Source of the DNA: Azolla caroliniana
Taxonomy: Eukaryota > Plantae > Polypodiophyta
Assembly: GCA_043228905.1 (NCBI GenBank)
Contig: JBHGNT010000016.1
Location: 10,478,001 to 10,542,000, forward strand
Direction: 5' to 3'
Length of the DNA stretch: 64,000 nucleotides
Part shown: in pieces, positions 60,526 through 64,000 of the stretch
How positions within the stretch are numbered: the stretch's first letter is position 1
Layout: every line of letters starts with the position of its first letter
The notes under the pieces: generated by a model
What the model was told of the DNA's origin: nothing
What the model saw: only the letters and a program-made list of their open reading frames with translations
The model's database searches: none
Program-made: the position numbers and the translations under genes

Positions 60526-63500
60526 TGTCGTGGAGAAAACCGTCCCTAGGAGGAATTGGCCGATAGTTTTCGTGAACCGGCCCTTACACACGGGCACGTA
60601 TTTGATGTATCACATAGTACAAGTCGGCGATGTAATTATCCTATGTAGCACGAATTCTTTAAGTAGGAGGATCTCTATCCAAAAGGACAGGGAATAACAG
60701 TGATTTCACGGTCTGTAAACGGCTCTCTCTCCGTGTGCTATAAAGGGAGGGGAAGAAGAGCTGAGTGAGGATTGTACGTTTTGAGAGGACGAAGTGTTGT
60801 CTGACTGGGAACCGAGCTCTCTCCTCCACCATCGTTATTGGTTCTGCAAGGATTTTGGGTTAAGTTGGCTGCTTTTGCTACGTGAAAGCCCGTGTGCTTC
60901 CGGTAGAGGCTCCACTGCGTATTTCAATGTATGTGTTCATCTGTGTTGAGTCTGTCACTGGCTTACCGGTTGTAACATTGCAAGCTCTGTATTCTATACT
61001 GATTTGGAATTGATTCTCTCGTTTCTATCTCTCTGTGTTTTCTGTGAATCTCTCTCCCTCTCATCTCTCACGCTCCTCGGATTAGGGCCCCCATGGTCCC
61101 GCCTTATTTCATACGCGAAAGCGTAACAACATGACATTAATTTGGTGAAGCCGACATGAAACAAGGTAGTAGAGGAATTGAAAATGAGGGGATCAGAGTT
61201 CGTTGAAGCCATGGCAGCGGTAGTCGATCGGATAGTAAGTGCTCGCGAGGGCACGGGCGCCCTCGACAATGCCATTGAAACAATTGTCGGCACAATAGGT
61301 CAGTTCGATGGGAAGGACGCCACGAGTTATTTGGTGGCCTACAAAGCCAAAATGGTGATGAGGGACATCCCGAAGGAGAGGCGTTTGGCTGCATTTCCCC
61401 GGGTAGCAACACCGGGCATCCATGGAGAGGTGCTCGAGGTGCATGTTGGATGCTGGACCTGGGGGGAATTCGAAGTGCGGCTCCTTGAGTGGTACGGGCT
61501 TGATGACATGCTTCGGTTATTGAAGGGGGACTTTATGGATTGGGTAGAGACCCCAGGAAAGGGGAGGAATGCGTTGGCGCTCCTCCAGGAGTTCGAGGAA
61601 CGCTTCGCATGTCTTTCGGCACTAGATAGGACCGTGCTGGACACAAGCCATGTCCGTTTATTCGTCAAAGCTGTGGACGTGCGGGATCGGGAGCAAGTGG
61701 GTCTCCTGCTGGAGACGGACGATGGGTTGACGGTTGACTGGGCCGTGGTAAAAGAGGTCTGCGGCCGTTTCGAAAAACGGCGTGAGTGGGTCGACAAGGG
61801 CTCATGGGGGCAGGAGCGGTTGCGACAAGAAACCTTGAGGGACCCCCGCCGGCGCGCATGGAGGAAACCCGGGATTGGCTTGAGACAGGTCCGTCCGGTG
61901 TGGTCAAAGGCCAGTCCGGCGGAGCAGCTCTGGAAGAACGGACGTAGATGGGACGAGACCTCCAGATTGCACAAGCGAGGAGGGACGACAGCGAGCAGCC
62001 TCGCGACCGAAGACCTCCAGGTGGCTATCGGTGCTTGTGGTGTGACGCGGTCTGTCACGTCCGGAAGGACTGTGTGGACTTCGCGGAAGCAATAAGGGCT
62101 AATGTGGTGTACCTATGGAATGGGAGGGTGCACGCTAGGGAGACCCGGAGAGCCCTAGACCTGAATATCGGACAGGGAGGAATGAGGAGATTGATGGAAA
62201 AAGCGGCGGCGCGCCAGGCGAAGACAATCCACTACTCCGCGTTGGCAAGAATCCGGGTTCTGGCCGGTGGTGCTAGAAGGCGTCGCTGGCGTGCGGTTGA
62301 GAAGGGAGGAAGCGGACCGTGCGGAAAGACGGGTCCGGGAGGTCACCAGGTGGAGCGATCCGGTCGAAGAAAAGACCGGCTTTGTGGAAGCCGTGTGCTA
62401 GAACTACGAGGTTTTGGTAGAAGACAAGTGTGCGGGAAAGGCCGGAGGGGCCGGACCCTCGCAGGGGTATGAGACCTGGTTCAGGCCAAAGCAGAATGAC
62501 GCCGGTGCTGTCGGCACACTGAATAAAGCAAAGAAAGCCGGTTACCAGTTGAGCACCGAGATAGAAAGAACAAGGGACCTGCGGAAGGTCCTTGAGGAAC
62601 GAATCCTCGACAGCAAGGTGGAGTTGTTGCTGAGGGAAGTTCTTGGGATCCGGCCGACATAGGACACCGGTTCACCAACATAACGCTACGGGAGCTCAAG
62701 GTTGGTGGGGGTGGCTTTCAACTACTGGCGGAGGAGGAACGATTTCTGAGAATGCTTGGGAGGCACGGGAAGGCCTTCGCATTCTCGCCAAAAGAGATCG
62801 GATGCATGGACCCAACGGTCGTTGAGCCGATGATTATTTTTATGGTACCACATGTGTCATGGAATCTCAAACCGATTCCAGTACCCAGAGCTCACATCCC
62901 GAAGCTGCTGAAGCACAAGGTGGAGATCGGCATCCTCAAACCATCGAGTGCCCCATACTCGAATCTGTGGTTTACTGTGCCTAAGAAGAACGGCATGTTG
63001 CGCTTCATTCAGAACCTGCAGCTGGTCAATAAAGTGACCATTCGAAACGCAAGAGTCGGACCAATGATCAACGAGGTTTTAGAGGCCTTCGCCGGGAGGT
63101 CGATCTATTCGGTCGGGGATCTATACTCAGGGCATGACCAGTTCCAACTAGCCGAGGAGAGTAGGGATGTCTCAACGATGCGGACGTCTCTCGGCTTAGT
63201 GCTGACAAACTCAGTGGCGCACATGGTGAATGCGATGAACAAGGTGTTGAGGGACTACATCCCGAACATCACCATGCCATTTCTGGATGATATACCGATA
63301 AAGGGGTGCCCGGTGGAGGATAAGGATGAAACGGTTGGGCTGGACGGATGCTGGAGATTCATGGCGTACCACATTGACGACTGCGCGAAGGTACTATAAA
63401 GACTAGAGGGTGCGCGGCTCACCCTCTCCGGAGAGAAGTCGGCTTTCGGGTAGTCAGAGATCCTTGTGGTCGGTCACCTATGCGGGCCTTACGGCCGGAA

Positions 63501-64000
63501 ACCGTCTCCAGCAAAGGTAGATGCCATCTCCGCGATGAAGGAAGAATGCAAGTCAGTTATGGAGGTGCAGAGGTTCCTGGGGGCCTGCGCGTTCTATCAC
63601 ATTTGGATCCCGCACTACGCACACGTCGCGGAATCGGTCTACGGGTTGCCAAAGAAAGGGCGAAAAATTGAATGGAGTAACGAACATACGGAATCAGTCC
63701 GGAGATTAAAAGAGACGCTTACCACGGCACCGGCTCTCCGAAAAGTTGTCTATGGCAAGGAGGTCCCCAGTGTCTACGTAACCGTAGACACAAGCCCGAC
63801 CAGGATCGGATGGGTGATTAGTCAGGAGGACGAGAGTGGCGCGCGGTTCCCGATTCGATTCAGAGCAAAGGTATTGAGCGAGCGACAACAAGAATACGCC
63901 CAAGTCAAGCGCGAACTGTGGGGTATCGTTTTGGTAGTCAAGGCCGACAAGGACTATCTAATCGGGATGGAAGTAATAATCGAGACGGACTGCCTACCAA
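60526..64000 (+). mobile_element. Trp-PBS Ty3/gypsy element, 5' part, runs off the window
   Basis: LTR 60526-61136 (TGTCGTG...CATGACA, TATAAA at ~60739), PBS TGGTGAAGCCGACATGAA at 61143-61160, then gag and pol. Confidence 0.88.
61178..64000 (+). pseudogene. Decayed gag-pol: gag, knuckle CLWCDAVCHVRKDC, RT, start of RNase H; protease region apparently deleted
   Basis: IGQFDGKDAT gag, GDLYSGHDQF...PFLDDIPIKG RT, VTVDTSPT RNase H. Confidence 0.85.

Noticed and set aside
58550-61136. One 2.6-kb LTR
   Set aside because: A family-typical TGTCGTG start at 60526 defines a 611-bp LTR; the upstream part matches internal regions of other copies.
1-64000. The many short alternative-frame and antisense ORFs in the track
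   Set aside because: They shadow retroelement coding regions or LTR microsatellites and show no independent motifs; no host exon was recognised.

Overview
This window has no recognisable host gene. It is an almost continuous nest of LTR retrotransposons from a plant genome, probably a seedless plant such as a fern (inferred from tRNA-iMet-primed Ty1/copia, a Tcn1-like chromovirus and CG/CHG-type C>T decay). The copia component is four related elements (1-10689 -, 4576-10381 - inside the first one's 5' LTR, 17221-23224 +, 41984-47317 +) plus remnants. The gypsy component is: three decayed copies of one chromovirus family; six insertions of a Ty3/gypsy family with tRNA-Trp-like PBSs, 4-bp TSDs and CpG-centred targets; a young non-autonomous gag-type element (48620-57694); and inside it an intact, apparently very young Tcn1/Tf1-like chromovirus (50084-55843) with a self-priming PBS and a -1 frameshift signal. 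The most unexpected signals are tRNA-like Pol III A/B-box modules in the LTRs of two unrelated gypsy families (a divergent pair around the TATA box in one), the CpG-centred insertion preference, and a conserved hairpin plus second PPT at the copia 3' end. All comparisons were made by eye; no alignment or database search was run.
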